DNA of 64,000 bases. Origin: Candidatus Oxydemutator sp. GTDB taxonomy: Bacteria > Pseudomonadota > Gammaproteobacteria > Poriferisulfidales > Oxydemutatoraceae. The stretch spans positions 2,193,843-2,257,842 of the forward strand of contig OZ241883.1 of the NCBI GenBank assembly GCA_965203445.1. The letters run 5' to 3'. The position numbers were made by a program, and so were the translations under genes. Below the pieces are notes generated by a model, which worked only from the letters and a program-made list of their open reading frames with translations, made no database searches and was not told the origin of the DNA. Positions 1 through 9,227 of the stretch are shown piece after piece (position 1 is the stretch's first letter; the number at the start of each line of letters is the position of its first letter).

Positions 1-1
1 C

Positions 2-103
2 GACCACATCATCTACGACACGCGCAAAAAAATCGTCAAGGCCACGAAGGACAAAAACCGGGTGAGGCTGACGCTGCAACCAGAAAAGAAGAAGCAGCGC
101 TAG
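2..103 (+). CDS. 3' end of the upstream gene, likely the LptA C-terminus because lptB follows. The start is outside the window
   Basis: An open frame from the window edge to TAG at 101-103 translates as ...DHIIYDTRKKIVKATKDKNRVRLTLQPEKKKQR. Its position immediately upstream of lptB fits the lptA-lptB order. Confidence 0.3.
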   Translation, partial: DHIIYDTRKKIVKATKDKNRVRLTLQPEKKKQR

Positions 104-128
104 CGCCGCTCCTCGTAGCCAGGTTCTC

Positions 129-887
129 GTGGCTGACAGAAGACAAGGCGCGGGCGGCAACGGCCACTGCCTGGAGACGACCGGTCTCAGCAAACGCTAC
201 GGTCGCCACCAGGCGGTGCGCGCCGCCTCATTGCGCCTCGAAGGCGGCGAAATCGTCGGTCTGCTGGGCCCGAACGGCGCCGGCAAGACGACGACGTTTC
301 ACATGATCGTCGGCTTGGTGCGCGCCGACGGCGGACGCACCGAACTGAACGGCACCGACGTGTCGTCGCTTTCGATGCACGAGCGCGCGACGCGCGGTAT
401 CGGCTACCTGCCTCAGGAAACGTCGGTGTTCCGCAAAATGAGCGTTGAGGACAACGTCCGGGCGGCGCTCGAGGCCTGCCCGGCAATGACGCCCAAGGTA
501 ATGCAGGCGCGGCTCGAGCAACTGCTCGACGAACTGCAACTGCAGGGCGTGCGCCACCGGCACGGTATATCGCTTTCCGGCGGCGAATCCCAGCGCACCG
601 AAATCGCGCGCCTGCTGGCGACCGCACCCGCCTTCATACTGCTCGACGAACCTTTCACCGGCATAGATCCGCTCTCGATCGTCGAAGTCCAGAAACTTAT
701 GCTACACTTGAAAGCGCGCGGCATCGGGCTGCTGATAACCGATCACAACGTCCGCGAAACACTGAAAATCTGCGACCGCGGATACATCTTCCATCACGGC
801 GAGATCATCGCGCAAGGAACGCCGCGCGAAATTCTCGCCCACCAGACGGTGCGCAAGGTGTACCTGGGATCGCAATTCAAAATCTGA
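129..887 (+). CDS. lptB: LPS export ABC transporter ATP-binding protein LptB
   Basis: Walker A motif GPNGAGKTTT, signature LSGGESQR, Walker B ILLDEPF. Collinear with E. coli LptB over about 240 aa. The annotated start at 129 is GTG. Confidence 0.9.
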   Translation: MADRRQGAGGNGHCLETTGLSKRYGRHQAVRAASLRLEGGEIVGLLGPNGAGKTTTFHMIVGLVRADGGRTELNGTDVSSLSMHERATRGIGYLPQETSVFRKMSVEDNVRAALEACPAMTPKVMQARLEQLLDELQLQGVRHRHGISLSGGESQRTEIARLLATAPAFILLDEPFTGIDPLSIVEVQKLMLHLKARGIGLLITDHNVRETLKICDRGYIFHHGEIIAQGTPREILAHQTVRKVYLGSQFKI

Positions 888-898
888 CCGAGAGGCAC

Positions 899-1897
899 AT
901 GAACACACTGCTGATCACGGGCGGCGCGGGCTTCGTAGGCCACGCCGTCATCGAACATTTTCTGAAAACCACCGACTGGAACGTCGTTTCGCTCGACCGC
1001 CTCGACTATTCCGGCAACCTCAACCGCCTGAGCGAGGTCATCGGCGACGATCCCGACTATAAGCGGCGCCTGCGGGTGGTGTGGCACGACCTCAAGGCCG
1101 AGATCAACCCCACCGTCGCCTCTCATATCGGCAAAGCCGACTACATCTTTCACGTGGCCGCGGCCTCGCACGTGGATCGCAGCATCGAGGATCCGCTGTC
1201 TTTTGCGATGGACAACGTCGTCGGCACCGTCAATCTGCTGAACTTCGCCCGCCACTATCAATCCGACAAGCTGAAGCTACTCATTTATTTCAGCACCGAC
1301 GAAGTCTTCGGGCCGGCGCCGCCGGGGGTGCACTATCGTGAAAACGACCGCTACGACTGCGGCAATCCCTATTCGGCCTCCAAGGCCGGCGCCGAGGAGT
1401 TTGCGCTGGCGTTCGAGAACACCTACCAGATACCGGTCATCGTGACCCACACGATGAACGTGTTCGGCGTCCGCCAGCACCCGGAGAAGTATATTCCCAA
1501 GGTCATCCGCCACGTTCTCGACGGCGAGAGCATCCCGATCCACGCCGACGAAACCCGCACCATTCCGGGTTCGCGCCACTACATCAGCACCGCGGACGTG
1601 GCGCTCGCGCTCGAGTTTCTGGTGTCCAACCACACGCTGCGCGAGAAATACAACGTCGTCGGCAAAGAGGAGATAGACAATCTGCAACTGGCGCTGAAGA
1701 TCGCCGACTGCGTCGGCAAGCCGTTGCAATATGAGCTGGTGGATTTCCACTCGTCGCGTCCGGGGCACGATCTGCGTTACGCGTTGAGCGGCGACAAGAT
1801 GAAGCGTCTGGGTTGGGAGCCGAGAGGAATCGAGCAGCGGCTGGATGAGACCGTGCAGTGGTATCTGCGACACCGGCAGAAATGGCTGTATGGATAA
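899..1897 (+). CDS. NAD-dependent epimerase/dehydratase, extended SDR, dTDP-glucose 4,6-dehydratase-like
   Basis: N-terminal Rossmann motif TGGAGFVG and catalytic YSASK (YxxxK), about 330 aa as is typical of the RfbB/GalE family. Confidence 0.85.
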   Translation: MNTLLITGGAGFVGHAVIEHFLKTTDWNVVSLDRLDYSGNLNRLSEVIGDDPDYKRRLRVVWHDLKAEINPTVASHIGKADYIFHVAAASHVDRSIEDPLSFAMDNVVGTVNLLNFARHYQSDKLKLLIYFSTDEVFGPAPPGVHYRENDRYDCGNPYSASKAGAEEFALAFENTYQIPVIVTHTMNVFGVRQHPEKYIPKVIRHVLDGESIPIHADETRTIPGSRHYISTADVALALEFLVSNHTLREKYNVVGKEEIDNLQLALKIADCVGKPLQYELVDFHSSRPGHDLRYALSGDKMKRLGWEPRGIEQRLDETVQWYLRHRQKWLYG

Positions 1898-3104
1898 ACC
1901 CCCTTTCGTTCTCCGCCTGATAAGGCGCTCGCGGGCTACACTCAGTCGGATACGCGAGGTTGTCGCCGACGCGCACACGGTGCTGACGATATACTGCAAA
2001 CTTGAAATCAAAAAATATCCGGCTGTTGCCCGCGTCGCTCGAAAAATCATCTCGCCGGTGCCCCGAACCTACACCGATACTTACACCCACAAAGAACCAG
2101 CCGGCGATTACATCGGCGCACCCACCGTCTCCCACCACCATGACGCATACATCGTCGCCACCTACCCGGTGGACGCGCACGTGCAAAAAAGCAACCTTGC
2201 TTTCCTATATTTTCAACCCCGGTATAAGACGATCTATCGGCGACGATACTTGCCGTTCCTGGGCACGTATTACTACGTGTTCGAGGACTACATTTATGCG
2301 TCCGCCACCATACGCGACGCGGTATTGTACGATTACGACACGTTGCTGGAAAGAAACTATTCGTTCGACGCAGAGAACGGCGAGATTTACATTTTTTGGA
2401 TGCAGCTTCCCCGCTTCATCAAGAAGATGGCCGCAAAAAACCCGCGTTTGCGGAAAAAGATTTTCGTGTGGAACATGGAGCAACTGTCTGTTCCTCACTG
2501 GAAACGTAGCTTCCTATACACCGAACCGAATCATCCCGCGATCCTGACCCACGCCCCGTCCAATCTGCGGTTTCTGCCGCCTGGATCCATAGTTCTCCCG
2601 TATCGCCGGGACCCGCGGGAGGTGGCGAAACTACAAGCTTGCTCGGCGGGTGCCTTCGAGTACGACGTGGCCGTCGTCGGCAGCAGTGAACGCAGAAGGA
2701 GCGTGCTGCGCGCCCTTAAGGCAAAAGGTATCAAAACCGTTCACGTAGTTGATAGTTTCGGCAACGCGCGTGACGAACTCATCGGCAAGGCGAAAATTCT
2801 TCTAAACGTCCAGTATAAAGACGACTACAAAATCTATTCGCACGTACGGTGCGACCGCTGGATGTTCGCCGGCAAGCTGATTGTCTCGGATGAATGCCTC
2901 GATCAGGATCAACTCGACGTGCGCGCCAACGTCGTGTTCGCCCCGTGTGACCGCCTGGTGGACAAGACCGAAGAAGTGCTCGCGGACTTCGACCGCTTTC
3001 AGCGCGAATACACGAACAACGACCTCGAGAAAATCGCGTGCGCAAGAGACGCGCACTGGCGTCGCTTCGTCGACCATTACCAGTGGTCGCTTCGAGGCGA
3101 ATAA
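1890..3104 (+). CDS. Hypothetical protein. Surface-polysaccharide-related by context. Codon usage is atypical, with lower GC
   Basis: A 404-aa ORF from MDKPP, overlapping the epimerase stop by 8 nt. No motif recognised. Visibly lower GC3 than the flanks. Confidence 0.5.
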   Translation: MDKPPFVLRLIRRSRATLSRIREVVADAHTVLTIYCKLEIKKYPAVARVARKIISPVPRTYTDTYTHKEPAGDYIGAPTVSHHHDAYIVATYPVDAHVQKSNLAFLYFQPRYKTIYRRRYLPFLGTYYYVFEDYIYASATIRDAVLYDYDTLLERNYSFDAENGEIYIFWMQLPRFIKKMAAKNPRLRKKIFVWNMEQLSVPHWKRSFLYTEPNHPAILTHAPSNLRFLPPGSIVLPYRRDPREVAKLQACSAGAFEYDVAVVGSSERRRSVLRALKAKGIKTVHVVDSFGNARDELIGKAKILLNVQYKDDYKIYSHVRCDRWMFAGKLIVSDECLDQDQLDVRANVVFAPCDRLVDKTEEVLADFDRFQREYTNNDLEKIACARDAHWRRFVDHYQWSLRGE

Positions 3105-3120
3105 CTATTTCGCGGCGTAC

Positions 3121-5241
3121 TTACTCAGGCGGATAATCCCCAAAAACTTTCAGCACAAAAGCGTAGCGCTGCGCCACTTCCTCAAGGTAGTCGAAGCGCC
3201 CGGAGGCGCCGCCGTGACCGGCCGCCAGGTTGGTCTTCAGCAGCAACAGATTATCGTCGGTCTTCACGGCGCGCAGCTTGGCGACCCACTTGGCCGGTTC
3301 CCAGTAGGTTACGCGCGGGTCGCTCAAACTCGCGGTCACGAACAAGTGCGGGTAATCCTGGCGCACGACGTTGTCATACGGCGAGTACGCGGCGATGCGC
3401 GCGAACGCCTCGGCGTCCTCGATCGGATTGCCCCACTCCGGCCACTCGATCGGCGTCAGCGGCAGCGTGCCGTCGCACACCGTGTTCAGCACGTCCACGA
3501 ACGGCACCTCGGCGATGGCCGCGGCGAACAAATCGGGACGCAGGTTGACGACGGCGCCCACCAGCAGTCCGCCGGCGGACGCGCCGTGCGCGGCGATGCG
3601 CCCGCGGCGCGTGAAGTTCTCGCGCGCCAGGTATTCGCCGCAGGCGATGAAGTCGAGAAAGGTATTGTGCTTGTTTCCGGTTCTGCCGCTCTTGTACCAG
3701 CGGTAGCCCTTCTCCATGCCGCCGCGCACGTGCGCTATGGCGTAGATGAAGCCGCGATCAACCAGCGACAGGCGGTTGCTCGAAAACGACGCGGGCACCG
3801 ACGTGCCGTAGGAACCATAGCCGTACAACAACAGCGGCGCATCGCCGTTCAACGGCGTCGTCTTGCGGTAGAGCAGGCTTAGCGGCACGCGCTCGCCGTC
3901 GGGCGCCGGCGCGAACAGCCGCCGCGTCTCGTAGGCGCCGGGATCGTGGCCGCTCGGCACGATCTGCTCCTTGCGCAGCACGCGCGTGCGTGCGCGCATG
4001 TCGTAGTCGAACACGCGGTACGGCGTCGTCATCGAGGTATAGACGAAGCGCAGCACGTCGCCGTCGTAGTCGAAGGTGTGCAGCGGCCACAGCTCGTAAC
4101 ATTCCTCGTCGAAGGCGACGGCGTGTTCGCCGACGCAGCGCCCGCCGACGTCCATCTCCATCACCACCAAGCGCGGCAGCGCGTCCTCGCGCTCGAGACG
4201 CACGATCCAGTGCCTGAACGCGACGACCTCCTCGAGCAACACGCCGTCGCCGGGCACGCAAAAATCTTGCCACGAGCCGCAGGCGGGGGCGTGCGGCGCG
4301 GCGACGCACAACTTGTAGTCCTCGGCGCCCGCGGCATTGGTCACGATCAACAGACGCCGGTCGCGTTCGGTCACGGTATATTCGACGTCGCGTTCGCGCG
4401 CGCGCACCGGGAAAGGTGCGGTGCACGGTTCGTCCGCCGGTACCAGCCACGCCTCGGAAGTGCGGTGGTCGCTCGCGTGTATCGTGATGAAGCGGCGCGA
4501 ACGGGTCTTGCCGAGGGAGATAAAAAACCCCGCGTCCTGTTCCTGATAGACGACCGCGTCGCGTGTGATTGGATCGCCCAGGCGGTGGCGGCAGACGCGC
4601 CACGGGCGGTGATTCTCATCCAACGCCGTATAAAATAGATGACGCCCGTCGGCGCTCCACGCGACGTCGCCCTGGACGCGGGTGATCGGCGCATCGAGCG
4701 TCTCGCCACCGACGGCGGCGCGCACGTGCAGCGTATAGAACTCCGAGCCGTCGTCGTCCGCGCAATACGCGATGAGGCTATGGTCGGGGCTGTGGGCGAA
4801 ACCCGCGACCTGAAAGTAGTCGCGGCCGCGGGCCTCGGCGTCGCCGTCCAGCAGAACCTCCTCGGCGCCGGGCGCCGCCACCGGACGGCGGCAACGGATC
4901 GGATACTGGCCGCCCTCGCGGTAGCGAAAGTAGTACGCATACGCGCCGTCGGCGTCGGGTACCGAATAGTCGTCTTCCTTGATACGCCCTCTCATCTCGC
5001 GGAACAACCGCGATTGCAGCGCCTCGCTGCCGCGCAGGTTCGCGGCGGTGTAGTCGTTTTCGGCCTCGAGGTAAGCGCGGATCTCGGCGTCGAGCAGGCG
5101 CGGATCGCGCAGCACCTCGCGCCAGTTGTCAGCGCGCAACCAGGCGTAATGATCCACCCGTTCGCGCCCGTGCAGCGACCAGCGGCGCGCGCGGCGACGC
5201 GCCGAAGGCGGCGGCGGTCGGTGGCATCCGGCGGCACCCAT
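3121..5241 (-). CDS. ptrB: Oligopeptidase B (protease II), S9 prolyl oligopeptidase family
   Basis: The C-terminal catalytic region (GASAGGLL ... VPFVDVLNT ... YSPYDNV ... WEPAKWVAKLR) is collinear with E. coli PtrB. The start is chosen at the internal Met MGAAGCH, whose ATG overlaps the upstream TGA as TGATG. Confidence 0.9.
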   Translation of the reverse strand: MGAAGCHRPPPPSARRRARRWSLHGRERVDHYAWLRADNWREVLRDPRLLDAEIRAYLEAENDYTAANLRGSEALQSRLFREMRGRIKEDDYSVPDADGAYAYYFRYREGGQYPIRCRRPVAAPGAEEVLLDGDAEARGRDYFQVAGFAHSPDHSLIAYCADDDGSEFYTLHVRAAVGGETLDAPITRVQGDVAWSADGRHLFYTALDENHRPWRVCRHRLGDPITRDAVVYQEQDAGFFISLGKTRSRRFITIHASDHRTSEAWLVPADEPCTAPFPVRARERDVEYTVTERDRRLLIVTNAAGAEDYKLCVAAPHAPACGSWQDFCVPGDGVLLEEVVAFRHWIVRLEREDALPRLVVMEMDVGGRCVGEHAVAFDEECYELWPLHTFDYDGDVLRFVYTSMTTPYRVFDYDMRARTRVLRKEQIVPSGHDPGAYETRRLFAPAPDGERVPLSLLYRKTTPLNGDAPLLLYGYGSYGTSVPASFSSNRLSLVDRGFIYAIAHVRGGMEKGYRWYKSGRTGNKHNTFLDFIACGEYLARENFTRRGRIAAHGASAGGLLVGAVVNLRPDLFAAAIAEVPFVDVLNTVCDGTLPLTPIEWPEWGNPIEDAEAFARIAAYSPYDNVVRQDYPHLFVTASLSDPRVTYWEPAKWVAKLRAVKTDDNLLLLKTNLAAGHGGASGRFDYLEEVAQRYAFVLKVFGDYPPE

Positions 5242-6244
5242 CAGAACACGCGCTCGGAACGAAAGATGCGTCCGCGCAGCGCGCCGCGTCGCACCAGCGC
5301 GTCCGTCGCCGCCGACGCCGCCGCGCGCGGCAGGCACAAATAAAAATCCATACCGGACAAATCACCACTATCGTCGGCGACGCGCGCGACCCAGGCGCGC
5401 GCCGCCGCGGCGTCGGCGGCACTCGCCGGCAGCTCCACGTAGCGCAGCTGGTCGAGCGCGTCGCGCCACGAACAACACAGGTTGTCCAGGTAGTACGGCG
5501 GCGGCGCGTCGTCGGCGCGGTACAGATGAATCGGCAATTCGCCCTCTTGTGCGACAACGTGCTCGAGCAGGCTCTTGGCGGCGGCGAAACCGTCGCCCCA
5601 CGCGAGCAGCGCGAGCGCCCTCTCCGCGTGGCCGGTGAACGTGAACGACCCGTGCGGCGCCTCGACGTCGAACCAATCGCCGACGCGACATTCGCGCAAC
5701 ACGCGGTCGCGGAAATCGCCGCCGCCACGAGCGCGCACGTGAAACTCCAGCTCGGTCGCGTCGCACGGGCAGCTGGCGATAGCCAGGCGGGCGCGGCCGT
5801 GGCGCGGGTGCACGAGGCGCGCCTCCTGCCCGGCCAGAAAACGCAGCCGATGGCTCCTCGACACGCGCAGGCGCAGCACCGCGAGACCGGGCGCCGCCGC
5901 CGTCCGCACCTTTTGCAGCCGGCGCACCCGCGCGCGGAAACGCTGCAACGGAATCTGCGCGGCGTCTTCGGCGACTCGGCCTCGACGCGCAAATCGCCGG
6001 CGGCGGCGTGCGAACACATCAGAAAGTGGCGTCCGTCGCGCCGGTGGCGCTCGAACACGTAATCCCAGTTCCTGATCGCCTCGACCTCGCCGTCGAGCAG
6101 GCGCGCCGCGCACAGACCGCAGTTGCCGCCGTTGCAGCCGTAGTCCACCGCAAGCCCGGCGCGCACCGCGGCCTCGAGCACCGACTCGCCGTGCTCGATC
6201 ACCACTTCCTTGCCCGTTCCCTCGAAATGAATCCGGTACGTCAT
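5241..6244 (-). pseudogene. 2Fe-2S ferredoxin fused to an FNR-type FAD/NAD(P)-binding oxidoreductase (AscD or phenol-hydroxylase-reductase-like). It is interrupted by a frameshift near 5935-5990
   Basis: A plant-type 2Fe-2S domain (MTYRIHFEGTG...DYGCNGGNCGLCAARLL) from 6244 runs in one frame. The FAD/NAD domain (RVRRLQKVRTAAAPGLAVLRLRV ... GDWFDVEAPHGSFTF) continues to 5241 in another frame. The fused order is the canonical one for this family. Confidence 0.7.
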
Positions 6245-6275
6245 CGCACGCGCGGCGCGGGCACGCCGTCGTCGC

Positions 6276-6920
6276 TCATCCCAGCCGCTCGGTGATCTCT
6301 TGACGCACCTGATCAACGCCGCCGGCGCCGTCGACCGCGACGTAGCGCGCACCGCCGCTCTCGGACGCACGACGATAATGCTCGACCAGCGGCGCGGTCT
6401 GCTCATGGTAGATCTCGAGGCGGCGCGCGACGACCCCGGGGCTGTCGTCGTTGCGCTGTACCAGCGCTTCGCCGGTGGCGTCGTCGAGACCCGCGACCCT
6501 CGGCGGATTGTATTCGACGTGATAGACGCGCCCCGAGGCCGGGTGGGTGCGCCGCCCATCGAGGCGGCGGATAATTTCCTCGTCGGAGACGACGATCTCG
6601 ACGACGTAGTCAATTGCGACGCGCTGCCATTCGAGCGCGCGCGCCTGTGCCAGCGTGCGCGGAAAACCGTCCAGCAAGAAGCCGTTGCGGCAGTCGTCGC
6701 CGGCGATGCGTTCGCTGACCAGGCCGACGATGACGTTGTCGGGCACCAGCGCGCCGCGTTTCATGAAGCCGTCGGCGCGACGCCCCAACTCGCCGCCGGC
6801 GCGCACCGCCTCGCGCAGCATGTCGCCGCTCGAGATCTGCGGCACACGGTAGCGCGCGCAGACGTATTGCGCCTGCGTTCCCTTGCCGACCCCCGGCGCG
6901 CCCAGCAAAATAATTTTCAT
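6276..6920 (-). CDS. adk: Adenylate kinase
   Basis: MKIILLGAPGVGKGTQA P-loop; the LID and NMP-binding regions are collinear with bacterial Adk. 214 aa. Confidence 0.95.
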   Translation of the reverse strand: MKIILLGAPGVGKGTQAQYVCARYRVPQISSGDMLREAVRAGGELGRRADGFMKRGALVPDNVIVGLVSERIAGDDCRNGFLLDGFPRTLAQARALEWQRVAIDYVVEIVVSDEEIIRRLDGRRTHPASGRVYHVEYNPPRVAGLDDATGEALVQRNDDSPGVVARRLEIYHEQTAPLVEHYRRASESGGARYVAVDGAGGVDQVRQEITERLG

Positions 6921-7065
6921 CGAACGATACCCGTCTTGTCCACGGCCCCCGACCTCTCCCCGAAGGCACGGCGCGTGAGCACCCGTTCCCGCCGCTTTGT
7001 CCACGCTCGTCAGGCGACGGCCGTGGCCGGGATGCGCGCAGTCAGCGTGCATTATAATCACGGCG

Positions 7066-8331
7066 ATGGAAAAACGTAACGCGCTCTACGCGCAATCGGG
7101 CGGCGTCACCGCGGTCATCAACGCCACCGCCTGCGGGCTGATAGAAACCGCGCGCCGGCGCGCCGACGCCATCGGCAACGTCTATGCCGCGCACAACGGC
7201 ATCGTAGGCGCGCTCACCGAGGATCTGATAGACACCGGCAAGCTCGACGACGCGACCGTCGCCGCGCTCAGGCACACGCCCGCAGGCGCCTTCGGCACCT
7301 GCCGCTACAAACTGAAGGACCCCGCGCGGGACGACGCCGAATACCGCAGGCTGCTCGAGGTCTTCCGCGCGCACGACGTCGGCTACTTTTTCTACAACGG
7401 CGGCGGCGACTCGCAGGACACGACGCTCAAGATAGCGCGCCTGGGACGCGACTACGGCTATCCGCTCACCTGCATCGGCATCCCGAAGACGGTGGACAAC
7501 GATCTGCCGCTGACCGACTGCTGCCCGGGTTTCGGCACCACCGCCAAATACATCGCGGTGTCGACGCGCGAGGCGGCTCTCGACGTCGCCTCGATGGCGA
7601 AGACCTCGACGCGCCTGTTCGTGCTCGAGGTGATGGGACGCCACGCCGGCTGGATCGCCGCCGCCGCCGGGCTTGCGCGCGAGCGCGCCGAAGACGCCCC
7701 GCACCTGATCCTGTTCCCGGAGATTCCGTTCGACGAGGAGCGGGTGGTGCGCGAGGCCGGACGCTGCGTCGAGGAATACGGCTACTGCGTGGTCGTCGTG
7801 TCCGAAGGCGTGCGCGACGGCGACGGGCGCTTTCTGGCCGAGGCCGACACCCGCGACGCCTTCGGCCACGTTCAGCTGGGAGGCGCCGCGCCGCGCGTCG
7901 CCACGCTGCTGACGCGAAGGCTCGGACACAAGCACCATTGGGCCGTGGCCGACTACCTGCAACGTGCGGCGCGCCACGTCGCGTCGCGCACCGACGTCGA
8001 ACAGGCCTACGCACTCGGTGCCGCCGCCGTTACGATGGCGCTCGCCGGCGAGCACGCGGTCATGGCGACGATCGTGCGCGAATCCGATTCCCCGTACCGC
8101 TGGCGCATCGGCAGCGCGCCGCTCGCGGACGTCGCCAACCGCGAGAAAAAAATGCCGCGCGACTACATCAGCGACGACGGTTTCCACGTAACCGGAAAAT
8201 GCAAAACCTATCTGCGACCGCTGATAGCAGGGGAAGAGTACCCGCCGTACCGGGACGGCCTGCCGTGCTACGCGCGCCTGCGGCACACCTTCGTTCCCAG
8301 GAGGCTGAGGTTCTGGCCCGCCCTCTCCTAG
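7066..8331 (+). CDS. pfk: 6-phosphofructokinase, about 420-aa group III type, probably pyrophosphate-dependent
   Basis: PFK-domain motifs (GGVTAVINA, NGGGDS, MGRHAGWIA). Its 421-aa length matches the PPi-PFKs of methylotrophic gammaproteobacteria. PPi versus ATP specificity is not decidable from sequence alone. Confidence 0.8.
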   Translation: MEKRNALYAQSGGVTAVINATACGLIETARRRADAIGNVYAAHNGIVGALTEDLIDTGKLDDATVAALRHTPAGAFGTCRYKLKDPARDDAEYRRLLEVFRAHDVGYFFYNGGGDSQDTTLKIARLGRDYGYPLTCIGIPKTVDNDLPLTDCCPGFGTTAKYIAVSTREAALDVASMAKTSTRLFVLEVMGRHAGWIAAAAGLARERAEDAPHLILFPEIPFDEERVVREAGRCVEEYGYCVVVVSEGVRDGDGRFLAEADTRDAFGHVQLGGAAPRVATLLTRRLGHKHHWAVADYLQRAARHVASRTDVEQAYALGAAAVTMALAGEHAVMATIVRESDSPYRWRIGSAPLADVANREKKMPRDYISDDGFHVTGKCKTYLRPLIAGEEYPPYRDGLPCYARLRHTFVPRRLRFWPALS

Positions 8332-8397
8332 GGGGAGAGGGCTACGTTGCGGGCCGGCGGACAGGTTTTCGGCCCACCCTCTCCCAAAGGGAGAGGG
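8321..8397. terminator. Two GC-rich hairpins between the convergent pfk and pal-like genes, probably a bidirectional terminator
   Basis: CCCTCTCC-taggg-GGAGAGGG at 8321-8341 overlaps the pfk TAG stop. CCCTCTCCC-aaa-GGGAGAGGG at 8377-8397 is followed by a T-containing tract. A weaker GGGCC/GGCCC inverted repeat lies between them. Confidence 0.4.
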
Positions 8398-8452
8398 GTT
8401 CAGGGTTTCATGAAAAACGACGAATCAGGGGCGCGGGCGGGATAGAGGGGTA

Positions 8453-9043
8453 TCACTGATAGACCAGCTCGGCGCGGCGGTTGCGGCTGTATGCCTCCTC
8501 GGTATGCCCTTCGACCGCCGGACGCTCCTCGCCGTAACTCAGGACCGAAAAGCGCGTCGCCTCGACGCCGTGCGCCTGCAACACGTCGCGCGCCGCCTTG
8601 GCGCGTTGTTCGCCCAGGGCCAGGTTGTAGCCGGCGCTGCCACGCTCGTCGGCGTGCCCCTCGAGGCGCAGCCCGACCTCGGGATGTTCCTTCAAAAATT
8701 CGGCGTGACGCGCCAACACCTCGCGCCCCTCGTCCTTGACCGCCGACGAGTTGTAATCGAAATAAATGACGTTGTAGCGCAGCGCGGGATCTTGCCGCGC
8801 CGCCCGCAGATACGCCTCGTTGGACGACATTTCGACCTCGTCGCCGTACAGCTGCCTGGCGGTGCTCGCCACGTCGTCGGGATAGACCTCGGTCTGCGCG
8901 CCAGCCGCAGCGTCGGCGCCGGCGTCCGGTGTCGCGGTCTGCATGTCGACGTCCCTGGTCGCGGCGCAGCCGGACAGCAACGCGCCCGACAGTACGCCCG
9001 CGGTCAATATCATGACGATACGGCGCAAAGACGATGGTTTCAT
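8453..9043 (-). CDS. OmpA-family peptidoglycan-associated lipoprotein (Pal-like)
   Basis: Signal peptide with lipobox LLSGC. C-terminal OmpA_C domain (NSSAVKDEG ... LEGHADERGS..YNLALGEQRA). Confidence 0.85.
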   Translation of the reverse strand: MKPSSLRRIVMILTAGVLSGALLSGCAATRDVDMQTATPDAGADAAAGAQTEVYPDDVASTARQLYGDEVEMSSNEAYLRAARQDPALRYNVIYFDYNSSAVKDEGREVLARHAEFLKEHPEVGLRLEGHADERGSAGYNLALGEQRAKAARDVLQAHGVEATRFSVLSYGEERPAVEGHTEEAYSRNRRAELVYQ

Positions 9044-9176
9044 ATGGAGTCGCCTCTCTTCGGGGTTATGGGCAAAAGCGGATTATAGCCTAATTGCCGT
9101 CCGAGCGCGGCAAACGGACACCGAACGGCGCTATAATGGCCGGTTGCACAATCGGATTTTCTTGCAGGAGGCGAAC

Positions 9177-9227
9177 ATGCACGACACTACCCATGACCGC
9201 GAAAACCGCGCGGAGCGTCGGCGATGA
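9177..9227 (+). CDS. 16-codon upstream ORF (MHDTTHDRENRAERRR), translationally coupled to doxX
   Basis: A perfect AGGAGG at 9166-9171 sits 5 nt before the ATG. Its TGA stop overlaps the doxX ATG as ATGA. doxX itself has no obvious SD. Confidence 0.3.
   Translation: MHDTTHDRENRAERRR

Noticed and set aside
5129-6613. The 494-aa track ORF taken as one protein
   Set aside because: Only the 6244-5950 portion (the 2Fe-2S domain) is supported. The rest is an alternate-frame artefact that overlaps the FNR-domain frame and ptrB.
9177-9227. The 16-aa uORF as the RiPP precursor of the MNIO
   Set aside because: It has no cysteine and no leader/core architecture. Characterised MNIO substrates are mostly Cys-containing and longer. 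I keep it only as a possible regulatory leader.
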